DNA of 64,000 nucleotides from the human T2T-CHM13v2.0 reference genome, Homo sapiens. The notes below the pieces were generated by a model that saw nothing but the letters and a program-made list of their open reading frames with translations, had not been told where the DNA came from and did no database searches. The position numbers and the translations under genes are program-made. Shown here one piece after another: positions 14,965-30,996 of this stretch (the stretch's first letter is position 1; each line of letters starts with the position of its first letter). The stretch is from assembly GCF_009914755.1 (NCBI RefSeq), contig NC_060945.1; one strand, written 5' to 3'.

Positions 14965-16060
14965 AGGAGAGACTCCTTCCTTCCACTTGAAAAGAGGAAA
15001 AGAGTAAAGAGGACTTTGACTTGCAACGTATATACCAGCTCAGCCACAGTAGGATAGGGTACCAGGCAGAGTCTTGAGGCTTCTATTATAGGCTCTAGCT
15101 CCTGGATGACACTTCTAGACACACCCCGAGCCAGAGGGAAGGATCTAGTCCTGGCAGGATTCATCATCTGCTGACTAAAGAGTTCTTGGGCCCTGAGTAG
15201 TCAGCAGTGGTAGGCAGGCAGTACTTGCATGCGCCTTGGGTGAAACTCAGAGATGTATTGGCTTCAGGTGTGACGCAGCACATTCCCAGCTGTGGTGGCT
15301 ATGGGGAGAGACTCCTGCTTGAGAAAAGGAGAAGGAAGAGTAAAGGGGACTTTGTTTTGCAGCTTAAGTACCAGCTCAGCCACAGTGGGGTAGAGCACCA
15401 AGGAGGCTCTTGGGGTCTCCAATTTCAGGCCTTGGTTCTTAGATGGCATTTCTGGACTTCACCTGGATCAGAGGGAAGCTCACAGCCCTGAGGAGAGAGT
15501 CCCAGGCCTGGCAGCACAAGCTGATTGAAGAGCCTTTGGGCCTTGAGTGACTATTGGTGATAGCCAGGCAGTACTGACTGCTGGCCTGGGGTAGTGGTGG
15601 CCATTGAGAGACTCCTCTGCTTGTGGAAGGGGGAAAGAAGAGAGGGAAGGACTTGGTCTTGCGGCTTGAGTGCCAGCTTAGCCACAGTAGAAGAGGGCAC
15701 CAGGTAGATTTCTAAGATTTCTGACTCGAGGCTTTGGATCCTGGATGGCATCTCTGGACCCTCTCAGGGCCAGTGGGACCTTGCTCCCCTGAAGGGAAGG
15801 ACACAGCCTGGCTAGTTTTGGCAACTGCTGATTGTAAAGCCCTAAGGTCTTGAGTGAATATAGGTGGTAGTCAGGCAGTAGGTACTGTAAGCCTTGTGCA
15901 AGACCCAGTACCAGGCTGGCTTCAGGTCTGACACAGTGCTGTTCCAGTTGTGGTGGCCACAGGGGCTTGTGTCAACTCTCCCCTAGCTCTGGGAAGCTCA
16001 GGACAGAGTGAGAGAGACTATTTGATTGAGAGAAAGTAAGAGAAGACAACAAGAGTCTTT
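14965..16060 (+). repeat. Diverged ~300-400 bp repeat array in the L1MA 5'UTR (3 copies plus a partial one)
   Basis: The motif agagactcc...ggactt...ccagct(c/t)agccacagt recurs at ~14968, ~15306 and ~15608, and partially at ~16011. Confidence 0.8.
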
Positions 16061-16548
16061 ACTTGGTAATCAGAATTCTTCTGGATCTTGTTGAAGATAA
16101 GGTGGTATCTCTGCAAGAGCCACCGTGTTACTTGAGTAAGGATGCCCCCTAATGCAAATATGGCTGCAGTGACCAAAACCTTAGATTATAACACCTAAGT
16201 CTCTTGGAATATCCAGAAAGCCTTCCCAAGAAGGATGGGTACAAACAAGCGCAGACTGTGAAGATTACAATAAATACCAAAGTCTCCAATGCCCAGACAT
16301 CAATGAACATTCACAAGCATTAAGACCATCCAGGAAAATATGACCTCACCAAAATCAACCAAATAAGGCAGCAATGACCAATAATGGCAGAGATATATGA
16401 CCTTTCAGACAGAATTCAAAAATAGTTGTTTTAAGAAAACGCAACAAAATTCAAAATAACACAGAGAAGGAATTCAGAATCCTATCAGATACATTTAGCA
16501 AAGAGATTAAAATAATTAAAAAGAATCAAGTAGAAATTCGCAATTGAA

Positions 16549-17672
<1,124 letters not shown>

Positions 17673-18060
17673 TCAGCAGAATTGATTAAGCAGAAGAAAG
17701 AATTAGTGAGCTTAAAGACAGGCTACTTGAAAATACACAGTCAGAGGAGACAAAAAAAAAAAAGAATAAAAAAGATGAAGCATTTCTACAATAGCTAGAC
17801 AATATCTTCAAAAGGGCAAATCTAAGAGTTATTTCTCTTAAATAAAAGGTAAAGAGAGATAGAGTAGAAAGTTTACTCAAAGGGTTAATATCAGAGAATG
17901 TCCCAAACCTAGAGAATGATATAAATATTCAAGTACGGGAAGGTTATACAACTCGAAGTAGATTGAACCCAAATAAGACTACCTCAAGATATTTAATGAT
18001 CATACCCTTGAAAGTCAAGGATAAAGAAAGGATCCTAAAAGCGGCAAGAGAAAAGAAACA

Positions 18061-18466
<406 letters not shown>

Positions 18467-21400
18467 TTAAAGTGATGAAGGAAAGAAAACTTGTACGCTG
18501 GAATAATATATCCAGTGAAAAGATCCTTCAAACATGAAGCAGAAATAAAGACTTTCCCAGACAAACAAAATATGAGAGACTTTATCACCACCAGAACTGT
18601 CTTACAAAAAATGCTAAAGGAGTTTTTTAATCTGAAAGGGAGATTAATGAGCCATAATAAATCATCTGAAGGTACAAAACTCACTGGTAAGTACATAGAA
18701 AAACACAGAATAGTATAACATATTGTGCATAGACTACTCACATCTTAAGTGGAAAAATATGAGTGTGCATATGAGTACATAAACTAATCATATCTTAAGT
18801 AGAAAGACCAAAAGATGAACCAATAAAAAATAATAACTACAACAACTCTTCAAGACATAGACAGTACAATAAGATATAAATAAAAACAACAAAAAATTAA
18901 AAAGTGGAGGGACAAAGTTAAAGTGTAGAGTTTTTATGAGTTTTCTCTTTGCTTGTTTGTTAGTTTGTTTATACAGTCAGTGTTATTAAAATAAAGGGCT
19001 ATAAGACATTATTTGCAAGTCTCATGATACCCTCAGATGAAAAATATATAGCAAATCACAAAATATAAAAGCAAGAAATTAAAACATACCACCAGAGAAA
19101 ATCACCTTCACTAGTATGAAGATAGGAAGGAAGAAAGAAGGAAGAGAAGACCACTAAACAACCAGAAAACAAAGAACAAAATGGCAGGCATAAGTCCTTA
19201 CTTATCAATAATAACATTGAATGAAAATCAACTAACCCCTCCAGTCAAAAGAGTTAGAGTGGCTGAATGGATGAAAAAATAAGACTTAACAATCTGTTGC
19301 TTACAAGAGGAATACTTCACCTATAAAGATGCAGATAAACTTAAAGATTTTCTGTGCAAATGTAAACCAAAAAATAAGGAGGAATAGCTATGCTTATATT
19401 AGACAAAATAGATTTTAAGACAAAAACTATAAAAAGAGATGAAGAAAGTCATTATATATGATAAAGGGGTCAGTTCAGCAAGAGGATATAACAATTTGAA
19501 ATATATCTACACTCAACACTAGAGCACTCAGATATATAAAGCAAATTTCATTAGTGCTAAAGGAAGAGCTAGATCCCAATACAACAATAGCTGGAGATTT
19601 CAACACTCAATATTCAGCACTGGACAAATCTTTCAAACAAAAAAGTCAACAAAGAAACATTGCACCTAATCTGAATTATAGACCAAATGGACCTAATCGA
19701 TATTTACAGAATATTTTCTTCCAACAAATGCAGAGTACACATTCTTCTCAGCATATCGATCATTCTCAAGAATACACCGTATGCTGGATCACAAAACAAG
19801 TCTTAAAACTTCAAAAATTGAAATTATATGAAGTGTCTTCTCTGACCACAATGGAATAAAACTGGAAATCAACAACAAGAGGAATTTTTGGAAACTATAC
19901 AAACACATGGAAATTAAACAATAAGCTCCTGAATGACGAGTGGATCAATGAAAAGATTAAGACAGAAATTTAAAAATGTATTGAAACAAATGATAAAGAA
20001 AACACAAAATATCACAATCTATGGGATACAGTGAAAGCAGTATGATGTGGAAGGTTTATAGCTATAAGTGCCTATATTAAAAAAGTAGAAACACTTTAAA
20101 TAAGCAATCTAACAATGCATCTTAAAGAACTAGAAAAGCGAAAGCAAATCAAAACCAAAGTTAATAGAAGAAAAAAATAAAGATCAGAGTAGAAATAAAT
20201 GAAACTGAAATGAAGAAAAAAATACAAAAGATCAACAAAACAGAAAATGGTTTTTTGAAAAGATAAAATTGAAAAACCTTTAACCAGACAAAGAAAAAAA
20301 AAGAGAAGACCAAAATAAATAAAATCAGAGATGATGAAAGAGACATTACAACCAACATCACAGAAATTCAAAGGATTATTAGAGGTTACTATGAGCAAGC
20401 ATATGCCAATAAATTGGAAAACCTAGAAGAAATAGATGAATTCCCAGATATTACAACTTATTACAATTGATCTGTGAAGATATTCAAAACCTGAGCAGAC
20501 CAATATGTAATGAGATTGAATCTATAATGAAAAAATTTGTCAGCAAAGACCAGAATCCAGTGGCTTTATTATTGAATTTTATCCAACATTTAAAGAACTA
20601 ATACCCATGCTACTCAAACTATTCCAAAAAATAGAGGTGGAGGTATTACTTCCAAACTCATTCTATGAGGCTGGTATTCCCTGATACCAAAACCAAACAA
20701 AGACACATCAAAAAAAGAAAACTACAGGCCAGTATCCCTAATGAACAATGATACAAAAATCAAACACTAGCAAACAAAATTCAACAACACATTAAAAAGA
20801 CCATTCATCATGACCAATTGGTATATATTCCAGGAATGCAGGGGTGTTTCTACATACATAAATTAATCAATGTAATATACCATATCAACAGAATGAAAGA
20901 CAAAAACCATATGATCATTTCAACTGATGCTGATAAAGCATTAGATAAAATTCAGCATCCTTTCATGAAAAAATCCTAAAAGAACTGGGTATAGAAAGAA
21001 CATACCTCCACTCAATAGTAGTCATATATGACAGACCCACAGCTAGTATCATACTGAATGGGGAAAATCTGAAAGTCTTTCCTCTAAGATCTGGAACATG
21101 ACAAGAATGCCCACTTTCATCACTGTTATTCAACATAGTTCTGGAAGTCCTAGCTAGAGCAATCAAAAAAGAGAAAGAAATAAAGGGCATCCAAATTGGA
21201 AAAGAAGAAGTCAAATTATCCTTGTTTGCAGATGATATTTTCTTATATTTGGAAAAATCTAAAGACACCACCAAATAACTATTAGAACTGATAGACACAT
21301 TCAGTAAAGTTGCAGGATACAAAATCAACATACAAACATCAGTAGGATTTCCATATGCCAACAGCGAACGATTTGAAAAGAAATTGAGACAGTAATCCTA

Positions 21401-22689
21401 TTTAAAATAGCTGCAAATAAAATTAAATACTTAGGAACTAAGTTAACCAAAAAAGTGAAAGATCTCTGCAATGAAAATATAAAACGCTGATGAAAGAAGT
21501 TGAAGAGGCACAAAATATTGGAAAGATATTCCATGTTCATGGATTGGAAGAATCAATATTGCTAAAAGGTACATACTACCCAAAGCAATCTATATATTCA
21601 ATGCAATCCCTACAAAATACATATGACACTCTTCACAGAAATAGAAAAAATAATCTAAAGTTTATATGGAACCACAAAAGACCCAGAATAGCCACAGTTA
21701 TCCTGAACAAAAAGAACAAAACTAGAGGAATCACATTACTTGACTTCAAATTACTACAGGTATCGTAACAAAAATGGCATGATACTGGCATAAAAACAGA
21801 CATTTAGACCAATGGAACAGAACAGATATTCCAGGAACAAATCTACGCATTTACAGTGAATTTGTTTTCAACGAAGGTGCCAAGAACCTACACTGGGGAA
21901 AGGACAGTCTCTTTAAAAAATGGTGCTGGGAAAACTGAATATCCATATGCAGAAGAATAAAACTAGACTCCTATGTCTTGCCATACAGAAAAATTAAATC
22001 AAAATGGATTAAAGAGTTAAATCTAAGTCCTCTAATTATAAAACTACTGCGAGAAAACACTGAGGAAACTCTCCAGGACTTTGGATCTGGCAAGGATTTC
22101 TTGAGTAATACCACACAAGCCCAGGCAACCAAAGCAAAAATGGACAAATGGGATCACATCAAGTTAAAAATCTTCTGCACAGCAAAGGAAACACTCATCA
22201 AAGTGAAAAGACAATGCACAGAATGGGAGAAAATATTTGCAAGCTATTTATCTGACAAGGGATTAATAACCAGTATATATAAGGAGCTCAAACAACTCTA
22301 TAGGAAAAAATATAATAAATCAATCAAAAAATGGGCAAAAGATCAGAATAGACATTTCTCAAAAGAGGACATACAAAATGGCAAACAAGCATATGAAAAG
22401 GTACTCAACATCACTGATTATCAAAGAAATGCAAATCAAAATTTCATGAGATATCAGCCCAGTTAAAATGTTTTTTATCTAAAACACAATAACAAATCCT
22501 GGTGAGGATGTGGAGAAAGGGGATCTTTGTACACTGTTTGTGGGAATGTAAATTAGTACAGTCACTATGAAGAACAGCTTGGAGTTTCCTTAAAAAACTA
22601 AAAATAGAGCTACCACAAGATCTAGCAATCACACTGTTAGGTATATGTCCAGAAGAAAGGAAAGAGATCTCTGCATTCCTATGTTGTTG

Positions 22690-23562
22690 TTGTTTTTTTA
22701 AATTTATTTCCAACTTTCATTTTAGATTCAGTGGGTACAGGTGCACATTTAGTACAGGGGTATATTTTGTGTTGTAGGGGTTTGGCGTCCAGATTTTTTT
22801 GTCACTCAGGTAATAACTATAGAAGTCAATAGGCAATTTTTCAATCCTCAGCCTCCTCCCACCCTCCCTGCTCAAGTAGGCCCTGGTGTCTATTGTTCCC
22901 TTCTTTTGTGTTCATGTGTACTCATTGTTTAGCTTCCACTTAGAAGTGAGAATATGCTATATTTAGTTTTCCATTCCTGGGTTAATTGACTAAGGATAAT
23001 GGTTTTCGGCTCTGTCAGTGTTGCTGCAAAAGACATGATTTCATTCCTTTTTATGGCCAGGTGGTATTCCTTAAGGTATAGGTACCACATTTTCTTTATC
23101 CAATCCACTGTTGATGGGCATTTAGGTTGATTCCATGTCTTTGCTATTGCAAATAGTGCTACCATGAACATACATGTGCATTTATCCTTATGATAGAAAA
23201 ATTTATATTTCTCTGGGTATGTACCCAGTAATGGGACTGCTGAGTTGAATAGTAGTTCTGTTTTAAGTTATTTGAGAAATCTCCAAAATGCTTTTCACAG
23301 TGGCTAAACTAATTTACATTCCCACCCCCAGTGTATAAGCATTCCCTTTTCATTTCAACCTTGCCAGCATCTGTTATTTTTTGACTTTTTAGGAATAGCC
23401 ATTCTGAGTGGTGTGAGATAGTATCTCATTGTTGTTTTGAATTGTATTTGTCTAATGATTAATGATGCCAAGCATTTTTTCACATGTTTGTTGGCTGAGT
23501 GTATGACTTCTTTTGAGAAGTGTCTGTTTGTGTCTTTTGCCCATTTTTAAATAGGGTTGTTT
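22690..23562 (-). mobile_element. 5'-truncated L1PA15/16-like element inserted antisense near the end of the L1MA
   Basis: ORF 22929-23171 is an ORF2 C-terminus (WNQPKCPSTVDWIKKMWY); old-PA-type 3'UTR; no TSD seen. Confidence 0.88.
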
Positions 23563-24311
23563 GACTACAGTCAATAATAATTTGTTGTACTTTTAAAAAT
23601 ACGTAAGAGTATAAGAATAATTGGATTCTTTGCAACACAAAGAAAGGGTAAGTGCTTGAGGTGGTGGATACACCATTTTCCCTGATGGGATTATTATGCA
23701 TTGTGTGCCTGTATCAAAATATCTCATGTACCTCATCAATATTCACATCTACTATATACCCCCCAAAATTTAAAAAAGAAACACATACAATATACATATA
23801 AAGTACACATATATATCTTATATAACTTTGGGAGAAAAATAATACTTAAAAATAATGTTTCTAAAAATTTTAAATTTCTAAAATTGTAAATATAAATGTT
23901 TGATATTTGAAAAATAAAGGTATTGAATTACATGAACTAATAATATATCATTATGACTCGAAGTGGGCAAAGGCTAGCAACCATAAAAGGAGAAAATAGA
24001 AAACAGCTTGTTAACTTTAGTTAAGGACAATTTTATACTTTTATTCAAACAATCCTATGTAGGGTTCAATGTCTTTCTTAGGAAGTTTTGGTTGAACAGT
24101 TTTGTCCTCTATACTGTGCTATCATATTCCATAAAGTATTTCTGTTGAAAGAATTTTCAACTCTTTACTGAGTCAAAAGTTGAATGTCATACTCTCTTTC
24201 TTTAAAATTGATCCAAACCAGTTCTCTGTCATGAATTAAGATTAAAACTTTCAACGCTCTATCCTATCTTTTGGTTAAATAAATGAATGGGTGATGAATA
24301 AATATAGGGTG

Positions 24312-24325
24312 GTTGCCATGGCAAA
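24312..24325. promoter_or_regulatory. RFX X-box motif (candidate)
   Basis: gttgccatggcaaa matches the palindromic RFX consensus GTTGCCATGGCAAC at 13/14 positions, in apparently non-repetitive DNA. Confidence 0.4.
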
Positions 24326-24517
24326 TCTTTAAAAAAATTATCTAATTATCAAAGTCAAATCAGATTTTTAAAAGTAAAAAGGTCTTTTACATCTGTAAGA
24401 CACAAAGTACATGTATATTGTTATTGTTCTTAACTAGCTAGAGATTAGATATTACATTATCTCAAATTTATTGTAATAAATAAATGGAGAGTTGCATTCA
24501 TTTTAATTTACAAACAT

Positions 24518-24973
24518 TTTAGTGGGTTCAATGGTGGTCCCCCCCAAAAGATGTGTCCATATCATAACACCAAGGATCTATGAATGTGAACTTATTTGAA
24601 AAAAGGGTCTTTACAGAAATAATTGAGCCTCTAACTGAGAACATCCTGGATTTTCTGGGTGGCTCCTCAGTCCAATGACGAGTTCCTTATAGCAGAAGTA
24701 GAGACCCAGAGATCCAGAAGAGAAAGCTATGTGATGACAGAGGCAGAGCTTGGAGTCATGCAGCCACAAGCCAAAGACCACTTGGAGCCACCTGAAACTG
24801 CAAGAGGCAAGGAAGAGCTCTTTTCTAGAGGGAGTGCAGCCCTGGGCGTATTGCCCTAGTAGCACCTTGATTTTGGACTTCTGGTCTCTAAAATTGTGAC
24901 AGAATAAATTTCTGTTGCTTTCAGGTACTAAGTTTTTGGTAATAAGTTGCAGCAGCCTTCGGAAACTAATACA
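24518..24973 (+). mobile_element. MLT1C/D solo LTR
   Basis: agtgggttcaatggtggtccccccaaaagatg, gaataaatttctgttgc and the end ggaaactaataca. Confidence 0.88.
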
Positions 24974-25139
24974 TATATCAAATAGGCGGAGGACCAGTAT
25001 GCCAAAGAAAGGAAATGATTTGTTGGCTCTTCATGCTGAGTAGGGAGGAAGAAAACAAGCTATCCAGTATGTTCATCTCCACTGCTCTCCTCTAAAAGGA
25101 GATAAGTCTCTACCAGTCTCTACTATCAAGATATAAAAT

Positions 25140-26240
<1,101 letters not shown>

Positions 26241-26432
26241 GAAAATTCCTTTCTGCTTTAGTGAATCAAGGACATAAATAGTCAGTCTTTCATGGGTAGA
26301 ATTTAATTTTTCTGTGCATTGGTCTATTCCCAGAGAGCTTTAAATCTTGCTTAATTGTGCTCACCTTTTTATACATCATGGATTTTGACTCTGGTTCTTT
26401 CGTTTTTCCATTTCATTTTAGTCACCAAAATG

Positions 26433-27015
26433 CTTAAAACTAGAGATCAACTTTCTTAGCTGCAAAAGCTTCTAGCCTTTCAAGAAGTTCATACTTTATG
26501 AAATTGCACATTAAGCATTTATTTTTCAGACCATTTTTGAACATTACTCCTAAATTAATAAAGTATTCTGATACTGCTTTAGTATTGATTACAGTAAAAA
26601 GGGTTTGAAATATAGCTGTTCTTTATGCATAAAATACCCAGCTAGGACCAGTACTGCCAGAGAAAAACATCGTATTGAATGGCCATTTCCCTACCTAAAA
26701 GATGTCTCAATCTGAATTTATTTGGCTACACTAAAGAATGCAGTATATTTAGTTTTCCATTTGCATAATGTGTTTGTGCTATAGATAATATTTTAAATTG
26801 AAAAGTTTGTTTTAAATTATTTTTACAATGAAGACTGTTTTCAGCTCTTTTTATATTGTGCATAGTTTTTTTATGTAATCTACTAGCATGTGTTTTTTGT
26901 AGACTGTTTAATGACTGGATATCTTCCTCCAATTTTTGAAGTACAAAACCAGTGTATTTTACTTGTACACTGTTTTAAAATCTATTAAAATTGTCATTTG
27001 ACTTTTTTCTGTTAA
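26433..27015 (+). pseudogene. SIRT1: 5'-truncated processed retrocopy of the distal SIRT1 3'UTR (no CDS; not the SIRT1 gene itself)
   Basis: Collinear with the SIRT1 mRNA 3' end as I recall it: cttaaaactagagatcaactttc, then cccagctaggacca(g)tactgccagagaaaaa (the known miR-34a site), then ctaaagaatgcagtatattt, ending tctattaaaattgtcatttgacttttttctgttaa. ATTAAA signal at 26984-26989, ~24 nt before the end. Scattered substitutions relative to the recalled parent. Identity from memory, not BLAST. Confidence 0.85.
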
Positions 27016-30000
27016 AATATACTTTCTGAATACAAAGCTATTATTACATTGTCGGATATCAGAATGCATAATCCTTTGGATGAGTATATAAGTTATACAT
27101 TTCTGCAGATTGATCAATTAAATATTAATTTATAGTAATATAATAACTGTAATATTATTATAGTGATGGTATTGTTAATAATAGTAATTGATGAGAGAAT
27201 AAAAGATTTATATCTTTTATTGTTAAAGTTGGACACCAAAAATTAATGTTAGACAGCTGCCCTACCCTGCTCCAACTGCTCAGAATTTCCATTCTTCATC
27301 CAGTGGGATTTTGTAAACTCCATAGAGACTCTTCCATATTTTTTTCTACTTTTAAGTTGTTGTTTATTTATTTCCTTAACACATCATATATGTTATTAGA
27401 GAATAAAGCAATCGTAAGTAATTAAGAGAATAAACTGTTTCTTGGTTGTTAGAAATATCCTGGGGCCAAGAGACTCATCTCCTATTTAAAATAATGTATT
27501 GTGAACATTCAGTATTGTGTATTATAGAAAAATAAATTCCTGAGGAATAAATAATTTGCTTTTAATATTAAAAAGCTTTATCTTCCTAACTAAAAAGGTT
27601 GATACTAAAAAGCCAGAACCCAGATTTTTCCCCTTCTAGCTTTTTTTTAGTGTTTTTTTGTTGTTTTAATGGGGAGAAAGAGAGAAATTGCCTAATACTG
27701 ATTAAAGCATATGGCCTTATCTTAGGAGCAGTCCCAAGGTTTTGACAAAAAATATAAAACATTAAAAATAGGACTTTATGTGCTACTTTTTTGGGCTTGG
27801 CTGGAGGACAGGACAAATACACAGTGGTTTTATGAGCCCCCCTGGTGTATAATATTTATCTTATTTGCTCTTCATTTATATTTAGTGCATGTTGTAAAAC
27901 TGTGTAAGGCTATGAGGTAACTTTAGAAGTTATAATGGGCAACAGCTCTTAATGGAGACTTTTCAAAAAATTTTTGTTTACAGATTCACTTTGAAGAGTA
28001 TTAAAGACACATTCAGCTGAATAAAGCAGACTCTATGTATCATAGGCTTAATTCATACATGTAATAAAATCTTTCCATGTGCTTGCAGAAATAACACAAA
28101 GATCAATAACCGGAAGGAAGCCAGAGGGATGAAAATGCATGGTAGATGAAGATTGTTTTGCACAAGACAAGAGAAAGAATATTTAAAGCTTGCTGACAGA
28201 TTAATATGGTCTGCTTTACATTTTGTCTGCTATATTACAAAATAGTTGCATCTATTCTCAGAATTTTAATCAAAGCCACTGAAGGAGAAAAGTGGGCATT
28301 TAGAAAAATGAACCTACTGTTTGGCTAAGGATCTTCAGCAAAGTAGTACATTCTCAATAGCATGTTATTGTTCGTTATTTCACAAAGACCTCATCTTCAA
28401 GTTTTGTTGGGCAACTAGATGTGTAGCCTGTGAAGTTCTGATAAATAATGATGGTACATGATGATACCAATTTCTTTAATTCTTGCCTTTAAAAGATGTT
28501 GCAACATAAAACAATACAATAACTGGTTCTTGATATATTTGGCGTTTAAAAAATACACACTTAGTGGAAATCACTCTAGACATTTAAAAGTAACGTTGAC
28601 CTTATGAATATTTGCATATGAAAAGTGAAAAGGATCATCTTAAGTGCAGTAGTGCCCCACTGATAGCATGAGTTAGGACAGTTGGTCTGGATGGCCTTGT
28701 GAGTATCTCCTGCCTTCATCACCCCTCCACCTGTTCTTCCCAAAGCTTTGCAAGAGATATCAAGAGACTTGAGAAAATATTTGCAAGACAAGGCAGAATC
28801 TTTGGTCAAGGACATGGAGATTGGGCAGGCTAAGTTTAGCAACTCAACTTTAGTGATCAATGGCAAATAACACCAGGCCTCTCCATGTTAAGAAGTGATT
28901 GTGAATTTGAGATGCCAGAGAGCTCATGCTTGGTTAAAGGAGCAACTATTGCTCAATTCCAATGTATGATTTTCAATCAATTTCCAAGAATTTCCTTGTG
29001 TTTAGGTTCTAAACAGTCTACTGTTAAAACCATGGGTACACATTGGATGTTATGGTAATACAAAGGAAATGGTTAGACAGTATACCCATTTATGGAAGTT
29101 CCTGTGGTCCACCTACAAAACACAAGTTGACAATCACAGTGGCTGCTGTCGTCAATCCTGGGCTGTTGTGCGCTGCAGTATTTTCACCCTGGCCATTCAA
29201 CACAGTTCATGGACATCATGTCTTTCCACTGATACTTTTTTAAAGATAGTTTTTATATAACCAAATCCTTATTCCGTTTACAATGAGGTGCTATAAATGA
29301 ATTACCTGAAATTATATGTTTGTCTGTTATCTTTCACTATTTCTACTTCACATTAATTTTTAGCTATAAAATTGATAAACCGATGCTTAGTAATATCTCT
29401 TTCCTTCTTTTACTCTTTGGTTTTCAAATTTTATTTCAATGCCAGAGAATTTCATTTACTAGGAACAATGTATTACAACACATTTAAAAATAAACTACTT
29501 AAATTTGGATGCCAATAATAACAATACAACTCAATGGAACTTGAGTTGTTAAACTCAGCCTTCCTGCAGTTTGATAATTGTATTTCAGAGCTACCTCACC
29601 ATGAATTCCTTGCAAATTTTTTCCCTGTAGACAAAATTAAAACTGAATTCAGGAAGTTCCAGGGGGCTTTGTACTTGTTGTTAATAATGTTATTGCTTTA
29701 TTGATCAACCGTGTGGGTAGAATAGGCATAATTTTTAGCACACTTAACCTATTGTCAAAGTCAAGATCCTAAAGCCTTCCAGCAACATCATAAACTTGGT
29801 TTTAAAATATCCCTTTTGAAAACATTCATTGAAAGAGCACCTGCTGAGAGTCAGGTAACAGGAAGAGTTATAAAGATGTATAATATGCATTCTCCACCTT
29901 CACAGTCTAGTGAAGGTGATGGTGGATACAATTTAAATGCAGTCAGAAAATAAAGGTCATGTAATATAGCATATTTCATACATTAATAAATGATTTTATA

Positions 30001-30622
30001 CTTTGAACAAACTCATTTCAATATTTATTTTAGTTTCTAACTATGTAACAATTTCAAACAACTGAGTATTTTCTCTTAACACTGAAATTTCTAATGTCTT
30101 ATGTACTGTCAATGTGAAATTCATAATACTGACTCCACTTATCCCCCGTGCTGGAATGCTTATATATTGAATAGTGTTTGGATTTGACAATTACATTGGT
30201 AATTGTCTTGATTCCAAGGAAAGCATAGAAACATTTTTAAAAATGTAAGATAAAAAAATTTAGGAGATAAATTTAATCATTTCTTATGTTTTTACAGTCA
30301 TTGTCTTTCACTGGCTCTGAAGTGAATAGCAACAAACATCCTTTACTCCTGGTCTTGATACTAGTTCTGACTAGGATGGGGAGGAAATTGGGAGTTTTTT
30401 AAATAGTTTCTCTAGGAAGCAGAATGTAATTATAACAGGTACTGTCCTGGCAATCTTTGTACTTGAGAAACCTGTGAATACCTGTGTTGAAGTAGCCCAG
30501 ATCATGGGGTTGGTTTTGTGCCACCCCCATGTGGCTTTGTGCCACTCTGTCTTTGGCACTCCAGTGTCCTGTAGTGCCAGAAACCCAATCCTGAATTCCA
30601 ATCTGTGGGACCAAGACCCTGA

Positions 30623-30996
<374 letters not shown>

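Noticed and set aside
19181-22686. Active reverse transcriptase/endonuclease
   Set aside because: FADD is present, but the frame has many stops and frameshifts; this is a dead L1MA.
26433-27015. PTEN or RB1 3'UTR as parent, or the true SIRT1 locus
   Set aside because: The miR-34a site context and terminal sequence fit SIRT1 as I recall it. Homology starts abruptly mid-UTR with no upstream exons, so this is a retrocopy.
27830-27850. CTCF-like motif (also near 12453 and 45121)
   Set aside because: Mismatches at core positions.
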